Assembly: GCA_029260025.1 (NCBI GenBank)
Contig: JAJDDZ010000192.1
Span: 1,495-65,494, forward strand
Reading direction: 5' to 3'
DNA from: Phycisphaerae bacterium
GTDB lineage: Bacteria; Planctomycetota; Phycisphaerae; UBA1845
DNA length: 64,000 nt
The stretch's first letter is position 1, and each line of letters opens with the position of its first letter. A model generated the notes under the pieces. That model had not been told where the DNA came from, did not search any database, and saw only the letters and a list, made by a program, of their open reading frames with translations. A program made the position numbers and the translations under genes. Of this stretch, positions 44,627 to 55,972 are shown piece after piece.

Positions 44627-46072
44627 CTACTCAATCACCGGAAGCGAAACCCCATCCGCCTCCTCTTCCTCGTCCCCGATCGACACCCCAAAAACACCAT
44701 CCACAATCGCATCAAAATCATCCTCGCGAAGCGTCCGCACATCAAAACAAACAGCATCATCACGAACCCGAGCGACAATCGGAACCTCCGCCTCCCGAAG
44801 CGACGAAGCAGCATCCGACGCCGTTAGCTCACCAGGACGCCACTGCACAACGACCGTCTCAAGTTCATGCTCGGGCATCGCGCCGCCACCAGCAAACCCA
44901 ACGTCCGTACAAACAAGAAACTCTTCGCCCAAAACAGTCGCCCGCAGTTTCTCCGCCAGCGCTTGAGCAGCATGCCCAAGATCTTCCGTCGATCGCCGTA
45001 GCATCGAAAGCGTTGGAATCGTCTCGACCGCTTCCGCAGGATCAAAGCACTGTCGAAGCGTTGCTTCCAGAGCAAGTAGCGTCATTTTATCTACGCGATA
45101 AGTTCGCATTAGCGGATGCGACTCGATTCGCTCGATCAATTCTTCCCGACCGACAATGATTCCGCACTGCGGTCCGCCCAGCAGCTTATCGCCCGAAAAG
45201 CAAACAACGTCAGCCCCATCGTTAATCGAATCAGCCACCGACGGCTCATCAGGAAGTCCCGGCACCTTCGTATCAACGAGGGCGCCGCTACCAAGGTCGT
45301 CAAGCGCGATCAATTCGTGTTCATGAGCAAGATCGGCAAGCTCGGCAATCGAAACTTCCTCAGTAAACCCAATCACGCGAAAGTTGCTAGGGTGGGCGCG
45401 CATGAGAATCGCGGTCTCATCGCCGATCCCCTTTTCGTAGTCGCCGATTCGAGTCCGATTCGTCGTCCCCACTTCGCGCATCGTCGCCCCGCTCGCCGAA
45501 AAAATATCAGGAAGGCGAAAACTCCCTCCGATTTCGATCAACTGCCCACGGGAAACAACGACCTCTTTCCCCTCGGCAAGAACCCTCAAAATCAGGTAGG
45601 TCGCCGCCGCATTGTTATTCACGACCGTCGCAGCCTCCGCCCCAGATAACTCGCAAAGAAGCTCAGACACATGCGATGAACGTTTCCCCCGCTCACCAGT
45701 CTCAAGGTCATATTCCAAGTTACAATAACCCGACGCGCCTTCGACGATCGCCTCGATCGCCGCCTCGCTCAACGGCGCTCGACCAAGTCCCGTATGAAGT
45801 ACAATCCCAGTCGCGTTCACCACCGCCTGCAACGACGGAAGCGCCCGGCGAGTTAATTCCTCTTCCGCAGCCGTCAACAGCTCCTCAGCAGAAAACTCCT
45901 CATCCACCTCGCCGTCAATAATCTGTTGACGCGCGTCGTCGATCGCCGCCTGCAGGGCACCAACCACCAAACTACGAGGCATCCCCTGCAACCAGTCCGC
46001 CACCTCTTCCGTTTCAAGAAGCGTCGACATCGACGGCAGCGATCGCAGCAAATCTTTCGTGGCTTTGTCCAT
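44627..46072 (-). CDS. selA: L-seryl-tRNA(Sec) selenium transferase
   Basis: LRSLPSMSTLLE..., VNATGIVLHTGLGRAPL, VNNNAAATYLIL, and CFSGDKLLGGPQCGIIVG (PLP lysine motif). Confidence 0.92.
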   Translation of the reverse strand: MDKATKDLLRSLPSMSTLLETEEVADWLQGMPRSLVVGALQAAIDDARQQIIDGEVDEEFSAEELLTAAEEELTRRALPSLQAVVNATGIVLHTGLGRAPLSEAAIEAIVEGASGYCNLEYDLETGERGKRSSHVSELLCELSGAEAATVVNNNAAATYLILRVLAEGKEVVVSRGQLIEIGGSFRLPDIFSASGATMREVGTTNRTRIGDYEKGIGDETAILMRAHPSNFRVIGFTEEVSIAELADLAHEHELIALDDLGSGALVDTKVPGLPDEPSVADSINDGADVVCFSGDKLLGGPQCGIIVGREELIERIESHPLMRTYRVDKMTLLALEATLRQCFDPAEAVETIPTLSMLRRSTEDLGHAAQALAEKLRATVLGEEFLVCTDVGFAGGGAMPEHELETVVVQWRPGELTASDAASSLREAEVPIVARVRDDAVCFDVRTLREDDFDAIVDGVFGVSIGDEEEEADGVSLPVIE

Positions 46073-46075
46073 AAA

Positions 46076-48064
46076 CTAATCCGCCAGAACGCGACGATCT
46101 CCGTCGCGACGTGTGAAACCAACCCGGTCGAGGTATTCTAGAAAAGGAACCACAAACTTGCGACTAGAACCAAGCGCCACGCGAACCTCCGACACCGCAG
46201 CCCCTCCAGATTCCGCAACAAGCGCCGCGACCTTCGATCGCAAGTACGCTTCCATTTCCGCATGAAGATACATCTTCGGCGCAATTACCACCAGTTCCCC
46301 CATCGCAACAGCAAGCGTCGCAAGTCGCAAAACACGCTTCTTATCTGCCTGGGTACCGATTTTCACCGTGTCGAGCGTCGGCGGTTGGAACGCCCCCCCC
46401 TTGATCTCCGCGATCATCTCCGTAAGCAGTTTTTCGTCAGCTTTGCTAAGCTCCGGCGCAAACGACGGCGCACAAATGAATTTCCCGAAGTCTTTGACCG
46501 TCTTTTTCGCCACCAGCTGATCCAGCAGAGGTTTCGCGATAGCACGATGTCCCGTCACACGCTCGATCCATCCAACCACCGCGTCAAAAGGTCGCCCAGG
46601 TAGCTCTGGATGCGACCGATGATGACGCTCAAGCCACCGAACAAGTCGCCGCGAAACTTCCTCAACCGCGCCCGGCGTCGCCGTTACCTCCGACCCAGCC
46701 ACAGACCCGAGCCGTTTCGAAGAAACAAGCTCACCCATCAAACCCGAAAGCTCGTCAACTTCCACACCCGCCTGCCCGCAAAGTTGAAGCTCGGTCGGCC
46801 TCTCAAACCGATACCCTTCCAACACTTGCTCAACCCGATCAATCGGCGACCCCGTCTCAAGTTTCTGTAAGGATGCGAGTTGCTCGTTTGCTTCGCGCCT
46901 TCGACGCCGGGCTACAGGACGAACGACAACCCCCCCCCCAATCGTCCTCGATGCAGTCTCGTCTCGAATGATAAAACGTTGGCCATGAACGCTCGCGATC
47001 GGCGTCCCGCTTCGAAGTTGTGCATATCCCGACGCGCCAGGTTGGAGCGAAGAATCTCCGTAGAGCACAACGCGCACCGCAACCTCCGCCGTACCCAGCT
47101 CAAGTCGAACCTTCGTCGTAGATTTCAGAGGCCTAGGCGAAGAGGAAAGACAATCGAGTCGCACATCGAGCATCGGCGAAGGTTGCAAGTATCCCGGTGT
47201 CGCCAGTTCGCTACCGCGCTCGATCTGCCCGCGATCGATTCCACTAAGGTTGATCGCCGCCCGCTCCCCGCGCGCGAGCTGCTCCGTTGAACTGCCATGC
47301 GCTTGGAGATCGCGCACCCGACAAGTCGCACCCCCCGGAAACACCTCCAGTGAGTCACCCGATTGAACCTGCCCGCGAAGAACAGATCCAGTCACGACCG
47401 TCCCGCGACCTTGAATTGTAAAAACCCGATCGATCGCCATGCGAAAAGGGTTGCAAGTCTGTCCGCGAGAAATCTTCTCCGTCGCCGCTTCAAGTTGCCC
47501 TCGCAAAGCATCAAGCCCCGCCCCAGTAATCGACGACACCGGGCAGATCGGCGAATCCGCAAGCGGAGTCCCCGATAGAAACTCGCGAACATCCTCCGTG
47601 ACTAGCTCCACCATCGTTTCGTCAACCGTATCGATCTTCGTAATCGCAACCACCGCGTTCGTGATCCCAAGCAAATGCAGAATCTCGACATGTTCAATCG
47701 TCTGCGGCATGACAGAGTCATCCGCCGCAACCACCAACAGAGCAACGTCAATCCCCGTCGCCCCCGCGACCATTGTGCGAACAAACCGCTCGTGACCCGG
47801 CACGTCAACAACCCCAAAACGCACCTCATCGATCGACAGCTCGGCGAACCCCAGTTCGATCGTCATCCCCCGCTTTTTCTCCTCCGGAAGCCGGTCAGGG
47901 TTCGTCCCAGTCAGCGCACGGATCAGCGACGTCTTTCCGTGGTCGATATGCCCAGCCGTTCCCAAAATATAGCGCGTCCCTGAGGTCGCGGCGTCGGTTT
48001 CAAGCGCGGTCGTCACGCCGTCGATTATCAAACCAGTTACCTTCGCTGGCAAGTGGACACGCAA
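46076..48064 (-). CDS. selB: selenocysteine-specific translation elongation factor
   Basis: [27 protein letters not shown] and ITKID form the GTPase domain. C-terminal winged-helix repeats are present. The true start may be as late as TTG 47965, giving (M)[11 protein letters not shown]. Confidence 0.9.
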   Translation of the reverse strand: MRVHLPAKVTGLIIDGVTTALETDAATSGTRYILGTAGHIDHGKTSLIRALTGTNPDRLPEEKKRGMTIELGFAELSIDEVRFGVVDVPGHERFVRTMVAGATGIDVALLVVAADDSVMPQTIEHVEILHLLGITNAVVAITKIDTVDETMVELVTEDVREFLSGTPLADSPICPVSSITGAGLDALRGQLEAATEKISRGQTCNPFRMAIDRVFTIQGRGTVVTGSVLRGQVQSGDSLEVFPGGATCRVRDLQAHGSSTEQLARGERAAINLSGIDRGQIERGSELATPGYLQPSPMLDVRLDCLSSSPRPLKSTTKVRLELGTAEVAVRVVLYGDSSLQPGASGYAQLRSGTPIASVHGQRFIIRDETASRTIGGGVVVRPVARRRRREANEQLASLQKLETGSPIDRVEQVLEGYRFERPTELQLCGQAGVEVDELSGLMGELVSSKRLGSVAGSEVTATPGAVEEVSRRLVRWLERHHRSHPELPGRPFDAVVGWIERVTGHRAIAKPLLDQLVAKKTVKDFGKFICAPSFAPELSKADEKLLTEMIAEIKGGAFQPPTLDTVKIGTQADKKRVLRLATLAVAMGELVVIAPKMYLHAEMEAYLRSKVAALVAESGGAAVSEVRVALGSSRKFVVPFLEYLDRVGFTRRDGDRRVLAD

Positions 48065-48118
48065 ACCACCATGAGTATCCTTGCCGCGGAGGTGTTTTTT
48101 TCAGGAGGCGACAGACCC

Positions 48119-49849
48119 ATGAAGTTCAAGAGATTCACGTTGGTTTCCAAACAGCTCGCGACTATTCTACCCATCCTCGCGACCACGATGGCCTCGCCAG
48201 TCGTCGTCCGAGCAGCAGACCCCGACTGGGTAGCACACGGCGCCTATGGCATGGTCGCAGCCGATTCCGAGCTCGCGTCAATTATCGGCAAAGGCATCCT
48301 CGTCAACGGCGGAAACGCGATCGACGCCGCCGTCGCCGTCTCCTTTGCGCTGGCAGTCACAAGACCCTATAGCACAGGCCTCGGCGGTGGCGGTTTCTTC
48401 ATGGCACGCCTCGGAGACCAGAAGTACGTCGTCCAAGACTTCCGAGAAACCGCCCCGGCGGCCTCAACCCAAGACATGTTCGTCGCGCCCCCGGCCTCCG
48501 CCGGTACTCGCCCAAGCGAAATCGGCGCCCTCGCAGTCGCAATCCCCGGAATGGTTGCCGGTCGAGCAGAGGCGCTATCCAAGTGGGGAACCATGCCCCT
48601 GGAAATGGTCGTCGCCCCCGCCGTACGCCTCGCACGAGAGGGCTACCCGGTAGACGCAGATTATGTTCGAGTCACCAAGGAAATCGCAAAAGAATTCAAG
48701 AAAAATCCAACCCTAGAAAAAACCTGCAGCTACGTCTGGAAGACCCACCTCAATGAGGGAAAGTTCCACGCCGTCGGTGACATCCTCAAGCAACCAGCAC
48801 TCGCAAACCTAATCGAAAAAATCGGCAAAGAAGGCCCCGACGCTTTCTACAAAGGGGAAGTCGCAACCGCGATCGCCAAGACCATCGCCGATGGCGGCGG
48901 GATCATGACAGAAAAAGACCTCGCCGGATACAAGACAAAACTGCGCAAACCCATCAAAGTCGAATTTCGAGGACACGAATTCTTGCTCATGCCTCCCCCC
49001 TCCTCAGGCGGCATCGCCATAGCGCAGATGCTAACCATGCTTAGTGTGTTCCCAAAACACCGCGACGTAGACCAAGCACGAACCATGCACTATCGTATCG
49101 AAGCAATGAAGCATGCCTTCGCCGACCGCGCCAAATATCTCGGAGACACCGACTTCGCCAATGTCCCCGTTCGCGAATTATTGTCCAACAGGCACGCCAT
49201 CGGAAAAGTCAGCAAGACCCGACCCAACAAAACAGGATCCCCCGATCAATACGGAACCCACGGACTCGTCAGCGACTCAGGCACCTCGCACTTTTCAATC
49301 GTCGACAATGAAGGCAAAGTCGTCGTTAGCTCTGAAACGATCAACACAGAGTTCGGATCTCTCCTCGCCGTAGACGATTGGGGCTTGATTCTAAATAACG
49401 AAATGGACGATTTCACCGCCCAACCGGGTAAGCCAAACACCTTCGGGTTGATGCAATCAAAGACAAACGCAATCGCACCCGGAAAACGACCGCTCTCGAG
49501 CATGTCGCCAACCATCGTCATGAAAAGTGACAAGGCGGTTCTCATGATCGGAGCATCAGGCGGACCACGCATTATCACAGCAGTCCTAAACGTCGCACTA
49601 GGCGTCATTGTAGATGGACTTTCTCTACCAGACGCCGTAGAACGCATCAGACCGCACCATCAGTGGCAACCCAACGAGGTCTACTTCGACAAAGACCCCT
49701 CAGCCTCAATCGAAACAGCTCTCAAAGAAAGAGGCCACATCGTCAGCGAAAAGAGAAAAACCGCCGCCGTCCAGGCAGTCCGCTGGGACGGTTCACAGTG
49801 GGTAGGCGTCTCCGATCCTAGAAAGGGCGGCAAACCCTCAGGCTACTAG
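48119..49849 (+). CDS. ggt: gamma-glutamyltransferase
   Basis: ATG 48119 with CAGGAGG 10 nt upstream. The signal peptide is MKFKRFTLVSKQLATILPILATTMA. Also YSTGLGGGGFFM and the autoprocessing site SDSGTSHFSIVD. Confidence 0.92.
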   Translation: MKFKRFTLVSKQLATILPILATTMASPVVVRAADPDWVAHGAYGMVAADSELASIIGKGILVNGGNAIDAAVAVSFALAVTRPYSTGLGGGGFFMARLGDQKYVVQDFRETAPAASTQDMFVAPPASAGTRPSEIGALAVAIPGMVAGRAEALSKWGTMPLEMVVAPAVRLAREGYPVDADYVRVTKEIAKEFKKNPTLEKTCSYVWKTHLNEGKFHAVGDILKQPALANLIEKIGKEGPDAFYKGEVATAIAKTIADGGGIMTEKDLAGYKTKLRKPIKVEFRGHEFLLMPPPSSGGIAIAQMLTMLSVFPKHRDVDQARTMHYRIEAMKHAFADRAKYLGDTDFANVPVRELLSNRHAIGKVSKTRPNKTGSPDQYGTHGLVSDSGTSHFSIVDNEGKVVVSSETINTEFGSLLAVDDWGLILNNEMDDFTAQPGKPNTFGLMQSKTNAIAPGKRPLSSMSPTIVMKSDKAVLMIGASGGPRIITAVLNVALGVIVDGLSLPDAVERIRPHHQWQPNEVYFDKDPSASIETALKERGHIVSEKRKTAAVQAVRWDGSQWVGVSDPRKGGKPSGY

Positions 49850-49899
49850 AAAGCGTCAACGGGTCTTCGTCGTCACACACGAGCAGGAGGAGTACAAAA

Positions 49900-50787
49900 G
49901 TGAAACGCGCAACAGTCGGCATCATCGGCGGTTCGGGTCTCGGTGAAACCATCCTCCAAAAAGCAGGAGGTCAACCGATTGACGTGAAGACTCCCTTCGG
50001 GTCACCCAGCGCTCCGCCGATCCTCGCCAACTGGGAAGGCGTGGAAGTCGCCTTCATCGCCCGCCACGGAGAAGGCCACCACCTAAACCCCTCAGCCATC
50101 CCCTACCGCGCCAACATCTTCGCGCTAAAAAAACTCGGTGTCTCGTCAATCATCGCCAGCGGCGCAACAGGAAGTCTAAGAGAGGACATGCAACCAGCCC
50201 ATCTCGTAATTTGCGACCAGGTCATCGATAAAACAAATCGGCGCGACAATACTTTTTATGACCAAGGGCTCGTCGCCCACGTCGAGTTCGCCGACCCGTT
50301 TTGTCAGACGCTTCGTGAACTTCTAGCAAAAGCAGGTGAAAAGGTCGCAACAACTATCCACCACGCAGGCACCTACGTCTGCATGGAGGGTCCACAATTC
50401 TCAACCCGCGCAGAGTCAAATATGCACAGACAGTGGGGCGGTGACTTGATCGGAATGACCTGCATGCCCGAGGCAAAGCTCGCCCGCGAAGCGGAGATCT
50501 GCTACGCACTAGTCGCACTCCCGACCGACTACGACTGCTGGCGACCCGTCAAACAAGGGCGCGCAAAAGACGAGCTTCTGACAGAAATAATAGGGAATCT
50601 CAAGAAAGCAACCGAAAACGCAATCGCCCTAATCCATGAAGCCCTCCGCATCATGGACACCTCTCCGCGCACCTGCGCCTGTCACGACGCACTCAAAATG
50701 GCCATTTGGTCTGATAAAAACGCCATCGATCCCGAACTTCGAGACCGCCTCGAACCGCTGATCGGTCGCCATCTCGCCGATAATTAA
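49900..50787 (+). CDS. mtnP: S-methyl-5'-thioadenosine phosphorylase
   Basis: VGIIGGSGL..., FIARHGEGHHLNPSAIPYRANIFALKKLGV, and GPQFSTRAES...GMT. Confidence 0.9.
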   Translation: MKRATVGIIGGSGLGETILQKAGGQPIDVKTPFGSPSAPPILANWEGVEVAFIARHGEGHHLNPSAIPYRANIFALKKLGVSSIIASGATGSLREDMQPAHLVICDQVIDKTNRRDNTFYDQGLVAHVEFADPFCQTLRELLAKAGEKVATTIHHAGTYVCMEGPQFSTRAESNMHRQWGGDLIGMTCMPEAKLAREAEICYALVALPTDYDCWRPVKQGRAKDELLTEIIGNLKKATENAIALIHEALRIMDTSPRTCACHDALKMAIWSDKNAIDPELRDRLEPLIGRHLADN

Positions 50788-50791
50788 TCTA

Positions 50792-53700
50792 ATGAGATCC
50801 CATCTCGAGAATCCTTGGCCTATTGCAACGCTCGTTGCGATAGGTGGTCTGTTCGTAGCTCAACCGCCACCGTTGCGTGCCCAGCAACCCCCAGTTGCGC
50901 CAAAACCGCAAGTCCCAGATGATCTTCGCCCCGACAAACAAGCAGGCGACGTATACCTGAACGACAGCTTCGAGGCAGTCGATGCACTCGCCCGCGTAGC
51001 AAAACTCGCAGCCCTAGCGCGATGGCAAGACGCCGCCGCTCTCCTCGAAGGAACCGTACAAACAGAAGGCGAGAAGCTCATCCGCACACCCGACGGAAAA
51101 TACCAAAGCGTACGCGATCACATAAACAACCTGATCATCGCCTGGCCACCCGCCGGGTTGACCGCCTACCGCAGTCTCGTCGCCGATCGCGCCGAAAATG
51201 CCATCACCCAGGCCCAAGAAAGACGAGACGTCGACGAACTCGTTCGACTCTTCGACCGCTATTTCTGTACCACAGTCGCCGCAGAATCGGCCGCCACCAT
51301 CGCACAGCTCGCCATCGAAGCAGGCGACTTCGACCTCGCCGCCTACGTCTACCAGCGAGTCATCGAATCGCATCCCGAAAAAGATCGCCACAAGACGCGA
51401 TACAGGCCAATGCTCAGGATCGTCTACGCTCTTCGCGCCGACCCGCCCAAGACCAATGTAGAGAAGCCCTCGACAGAAACCGGCGAAAACCAACAAGTCC
51501 GATGGCACGGCCGCGATCGATCCGTCGATGATGTCGTACAAGAAATCAAGGAGAACTTCGAACCACCCCAACCAATGAATTCGCCTGGCCAATGGCCTGT
51601 CTTCGGCGGATCATATCAAAGATCTGCACAAGCAAGCTGCAACGTCGAAGAACCTGGCTTACTTTGGAGATTTCGTTTTCGACAACGCGAAACAGATGAC
51701 ACAAACGGCCTCCGCATAGAGTTCAACCGGCGATCCGCACGTGAGGCTTCGCGCGACCTCACGATTTTTCCGGTCGTCAACGACGGCCTGGTCGTCGTGC
51801 AACGCTTCCGAGACATCGTCGCACTCCACAGAAACACCGGAGCTTTAGCTTGGCGGTTTAGTCCAGACGCCCTTCCAACAGAACCTGACAACTACCTCGA
51901 TGACCGTCCGCCAGGATGGGATTCCGTGACCATCCATCGCGGCAGAGTCTACGCAGCCCTCCCGCGCGAGGACGTGTCATACTATGACTACAACACCACC
52001 GGCAGCGGCGTGGAACTGGTTTGCCTTGATCTTCACACCGGGCATCTCCTTTGGCGCACCGGAAAAAGCGCCGCATCCGAGTTCGCCTCAGAGCTGAAGT
52101 TCGACTCAACTCCCATCGTCGAAAACGGACGAATCTTCCTAGTCGGAAGAAGAAGAAGATCGTTTGGTTTCGAGGATTGTTATCTCTATAGATTCCGCGC
52201 GACAGACGGTCGATTAATCGGACGCGTCCACCTGGGAAGTGCATCCACAGCCACATTCGGATCGCGGACGGCTACGTCCGCCATCGCAGCGATGAATCGT
52301 GGAACCATCTACGTAAACTCAGGACTTGGAACCATCGCAGCCGTCTCCGCATTCACCGGCAATGTACAGTGGCTGACCCTCTACAAACGCCTGCGCGAAG
52401 AGGAAGGCGCAGCGGCTGGGCGATCCTCACGCGACGTAAGACCCTGGCAGTTTAACCCGATCATCTACGACCGCGACAAGCTCTATGCACTCCCAACAGA
52501 CTCCGCCGCACTTCTCATCTTGAATCCAACCAACGGAAGCACGATCCAAGAAATTCCGATCACCGAACTCGGAGGGATCGACACACTCGTTGGCGTGGAC
52601 CAGGATCTACTATGCGGCGTCGGACGAACGATCTCATGTTTCAACGCTCAGACCCGATCCACCGTTTGGTCCGCGACTCTTGAAGGCAGCGAAAGACCCT
52701 TCGGGCGAGCGTCATGGGCGAAAGACCGCTTGCTGGTCCCGTTTAGAAACCACCTGGCGACCTACGCAGCCACAAACGGCGCAGCGCATCAAAACCCTTG
52801 GGAAGTCGAGAGTCAGGGCGGAAACCTACTACCCCTGGGCGACATGCTCATCGTCGCGGGCGTCGCCGAGGTGACCGCCTACGTTCGCAAAGCAGACATA
52901 TGGCGGTCCCTTCGCCAGGCAATGACAGACGCCCCCGACAACCCGCTTCCAGCGATCGAATTGGCAGAGGTCGCCATCGGCGCAGGCGACCATAAACAAG
53001 CAATGGAAGTCTTGGACGAAGCGGTAAAGAGGTTCGCACGCGCAGCAGATCCAAGCGATCCCGCCGTCCAAGCCCGCCTCTTCAACGACGTCTGCAAGTT
53101 CGCGCAAGTTCTCGCTGATCACGAAACGCTGGATCGTGAGACCCTTGACCGACTTCAGACCTACGCATCCCGTCACGCCCCAGATCCAAAAGCCGGCTTG
53201 CGATACCGCTTCGAGTTCGCCAGAATCTACGAACGCGTCGGCGCCTCAAAAGAAACCGTCCAGCTATACCACCAGGTCTTGCGCGATCGCTCACTTCGAG
53301 AATTGCCCACCAACGCTGGTCGCCGAGGCGAGCGCGACGCAGCATCTGTCGCCGCCACCGAAATCGCGGCACTAATCGCCAGGCACGGAAAAGAAGTCTA
53401 CCAGCAGCTCGAAGAAGAGGCCCAGCGATGGCTCGAAGGCGCATACAAAACAGATCACGAAGGCGTCTTCATCAGGCTCATCGAGACCTTCCCCAATAGC
53501 GACGCCGCACCCAAAGCCATGGTCGCCTACGGAAGATGGCTCGGCAGAGAGGGGCGATTCGACGGCGCCGTCAAGCAACTAACCCTCGCCTACCATCGAA
53601 ACACAGACCGAAAAAACGCCCCAACCCTCATGAGAGAAATCGCCGACGCCCATCAGGCAGCAGGTTCCCCACAGCACGCCTACCGATGGTTAACCAAAGC

Positions 53701-55024
53701 AATGCACGACTTCCCTTCCCTGGAATTCCTCCAAAATGGACGAAGCATAACCTTCAAACAATACCGAAAAAGACTTGAAGGCGTCCGCGACCAAGTCGTT
53801 CACGTCAGACCAACCGTAAAACTCCCACTGAATCGCAGCGCAACCTTAGACCTACCAGAGTCAGCCTCACTTCTGTCACCGATCCTAGGCCCCCAACCGG
53901 GATCGACTTGGAACACCGTTTTCGTAGCAACCTCAAAGGGCCTGCGAGCAATCAACCCAGCCACCGCAGAAGACCTCTGGCCCGCACCCGTCAAAGTCCC
54001 CGGCGACGTCCAACTTCTTCTCGCAAGGAAGGACGTCGCAATACTAAAAAACCTCTACCAAGTTTTCGCCCTAGACCCTTCCACAGGCAATCGCTTGTGG
54101 ACTGCCGGAGAATCACCCCCACACGTCGCCGACCCCGGAGCAGACTGGGAGGGCGGAGGAACCCTGCGCTCGGTCGCCCCAGACGGCGACAGTCTCGTCA
54201 TCGCCTTCGACAATGGCGACATGCGCAGCGTATCGATTCAAGACGGTACCGAAAGCTTCAAACGCGTCGTAGAAGATGTCCCAACAGGCGAAGTCCGCTT
54301 CACCGCCCCGTTCATCGTCTACCACCTTAGAAGCGCAGACCACGTCAAGCTATGCGTATTAGACGCAAAAACAGGCGACCTTATCGGCTCAACCCTGACC
54401 GAGGAGACCCGACCCGTAGAGCGAATATTCGTCACAATCGACGGACGCATTGTCGTGGTCACCTCCCAGTCGATTTCACTCTTCGACGCCTCCACACTAA
54501 AAAGGCGATGGCGATTCGCATCCACCGGTCTAATTCGAAGCTCCTCGCTCTTTCTCGACCTCGACGCCATCTACTACTCCGACGACGCGACGAAGTTCTG
54601 CAAGCTCCAACTCGGCGACGGAAAAAAAGATTGGTGCAGTGAAGAAATCGTTGCCCAGGGCAACAACATCGCAGTTCAAAAGGCAGACACCAACCTCATC
54701 GTCACAACAACAACAGACGTCGTTTCTATCGACAGCGCAAGCGGAATAACCCTCTGGCGAGGAACAACCACAGACCACCCGAACCTGACCGCCAGACTCA
54801 TGACAACAAACTACGCTTTGGTCGTAGACGTAACCGAACGCGACAAAGCCAATAGTAACCGCGCCTTTTTCTACGATCACCGAAACGCAAGCGGACTCAT
54901 CCCCAAAAAGGGCGGCGCACTAGACCTGGGCGACCTGCAAGACGTACGCAACATCCAAGCAACAGACCAAGGATTAGCCATCCAAGCAGACGGCAAGCTC
55001 CACCTCTTCACAACCGACCCCTAA
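50792..55024 (+). CDS. giant secreted TPR plus PQQ-like beta-propeller repeat protein, function unknown
   Basis: 1410 aa. It has a signal-like N-terminus and helical TPR-like regions (residues about 60-220 and about 700-1000). Repeated blocks of the form ...G.L.W... (GALAWRF, GHLLWRT, NVQWLT, STVWSA, NRLWTA, ITLWRG) are typical of PQQ/BamB-like propellers. Confidence 0.7.
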   Translation: MRSHLENPWPIATLVAIGGLFVAQPPPLRAQQPPVAPKPQVPDDLRPDKQAGDVYLNDSFEAVDALARVAKLAALARWQDAAALLEGTVQTEGEKLIRTPDGKYQSVRDHINNLIIAWPPAGLTAYRSLVADRAENAITQAQERRDVDELVRLFDRYFCTTVAAESAATIAQLAIEAGDFDLAAYVYQRVIESHPEKDRHKTRYRPMLRIVYALRADPPKTNVEKPSTETGENQQVRWHGRDRSVDDVVQEIKENFEPPQPMNSPGQWPVFGGSYQRSAQASCNVEEPGLLWRFRFRQRETDDTNGLRIEFNRRSAREASRDLTIFPVVNDGLVVVQRFRDIVALHRNTGALAWRFSPDALPTEPDNYLDDRPPGWDSVTIHRGRVYAALPREDVSYYDYNTTGSGVELVCLDLHTGHLLWRTGKSAASEFASELKFDSTPIVENGRIFLVGRRRRSFGFEDCYLYRFRATDGRLIGRVHLGSASTATFGSRTATSAIAAMNRGTIYVNSGLGTIAAVSAFTGNVQWLTLYKRLREEEGAAAGRSSRDVRPWQFNPIIYDRDKLYALPTDSAALLILNPTNGSTIQEIPITELGGIDTLVGVDQDLLCGVGRTISCFNAQTRSTVWSATLEGSERPFGRASWAKDRLLVPFRNHLATYAATNGAAHQNPWEVESQGGNLLPLGDMLIVAGVAEVTAYVRKADIWRSLRQAMTDAPDNPLPAIELAEVAIGAGDHKQAMEVLDEAVKRFARAADPSDPAVQARLFNDVCKFAQVLADHETLDRETLDRLQTYASRHAPDPKAGLRYRFEFARIYERVGASKETVQLYHQVLRDRSLRELPTNAGRRGERDAASVAATEIAALIARHGKEVYQQLEEEAQRWLEGAYKTDHEGVFIRLIETFPNSDAAPKAMVAYGRWLGREGRFDGAVKQLTLAYHRNTDRKNAPTLMREIADAHQAAGSPQHAYRWLTKAMHDFPSLEFLQNGRSITFKQYRKRLEGVRDQVVHVRPTVKLPLNRSATLDLPESASLLSPILGPQPGSTWNTVFVATSKGLRAINPATAEDLWPAPVKVPGDVQLLLARKDVAILKNLYQVFALDPSTGNRLWTAGESPPHVADPGADWEGGGTLRSVAPDGDSLVIAFDNGDMRSVSIQDGTESFKRVVEDVPTGEVRFTAPFIVYHLRSADHVKLCVLDAKTGDLIGSTLTEETRPVERIFVTIDGRIVVVTSQSISLFDASTLKRRWRFASTGLIRSSSLFLDLDAIYYSDDATKFCKLQLGDGKKDWCSEEIVAQGNNIAVQKADTNLIVTTTTDVVSIDSASGITLWRGTTTDHPNLTARLMTTNYALVVDVTERDKANSNRAFFYDHRNASGLIPKKGGALDLGDLQDVRNIQATDQGLAIQADGKLHLFTTDP

Positions 55025-55135
55025 CCTCCCCGCGTATCAATCTCGTATCCCATCGGCATCCCGCCCGTCGGTGACAAAGCCCACCCTTGTGTCCCACCGG
55101 CTAGCAACTCCTGCCCAAGACTTCGCCCCAACCCG

Positions 55136-55972
55136 TCAAAAAACAATCTGGCAGCCCCCACAAATAAACGAGGAACGCCCCGCAACCGTCATCCGTTCGA
55201 TCAAACCCCCACAACGACAGCATTCTCCCCCCTCGCGCCCATACACCCGATGCATCTGCTGAAAAGACCCCGCCTCCCCATCCGCCGAGCGATAATCTTT
55301 CAGAGTAGAACCGTTATGTTCAATCGCCTTCCGCAGCGTCTTCTTAATCGAAGAAAGAAGCACCCGACACATCGCATCATCAATCCTCATAGCAATCGTC
55401 GTAGGATGAATCCCAGCATCAAACAGCGCCTCATCGCAATAAATATTCCCAATCCCGGCAATCGCCGCCTGATCAAGCAGCAGCGCCTTAATCTGTCGCT
55501 TCCGCCCTAGGATCGTGCGAAACGCCGCAACGCGCATCGTCAAAGGCTCCTCCCCAAGCGCCCCCAAAACCTTCCCGCGATACTTCGGATTCCCCGTCAA
55601 ACACCACACCCCCCCCAACCGGCGAGGATCGCGAAACCGAAGCTCAACCCGTTCATCCGCAAACCCAATCCGAATATGCGTATGCGTCTCACATTTTTCG
55701 CTCACATCATGAAGAAGCAATTGCCCCGACATCCCCAGATGAAAAACAAGTCGAACCGGATCGTGCTCGTCCCCCGCACCCAGGTCCAAGATCACCCGCT
55801 TCGCCCGCCGCCGAACCTCAGCCACCCGAAGACCAATCAAAACTCGCCCCAGAGGCCTCGGATCACCATGCACAACATCCTTCCTCAAAACCCGCGCCCG
55901 CGCAACCCGCCAACCGGTGATGACCTCACCCACCTGTCGCACAATCGTTTCAACTTCCGGAAGTTCCGGCAT
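55136..55972 (-). CDS. mutM: formamidopyrimidine-DNA glycosylase
   Basis: Start set at ATG 55972 giving MPELPEVETIVRQ (catalytic Pro2/Glu3). There is an H2TH motif and a C-terminal zinc finger CCRCGGLIERMTVAGRSSFICGGCQ. Confidence 0.93.
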   Translation of the reverse strand: MPELPEVETIVRQVGEVITGWRVARARVLRKDVVHGDPRPLGRVLIGLRVAEVRRRAKRVILDLGAGDEHDPVRLVFHLGMSGQLLLHDVSEKCETHTHIRIGFADERVELRFRDPRRLGGVWCLTGNPKYRGKVLGALGEEPLTMRVAAFRTILGRKRQIKALLLDQAAIAGIGNIYCDEALFDAGIHPTTIAMRIDDAMCRVLLSSIKKTLRKAIEHNGSTLKDYRSADGEAGSFQQMHRVYGREGGECCRCGGLIERMTVAGRSSFICGGCQIVF

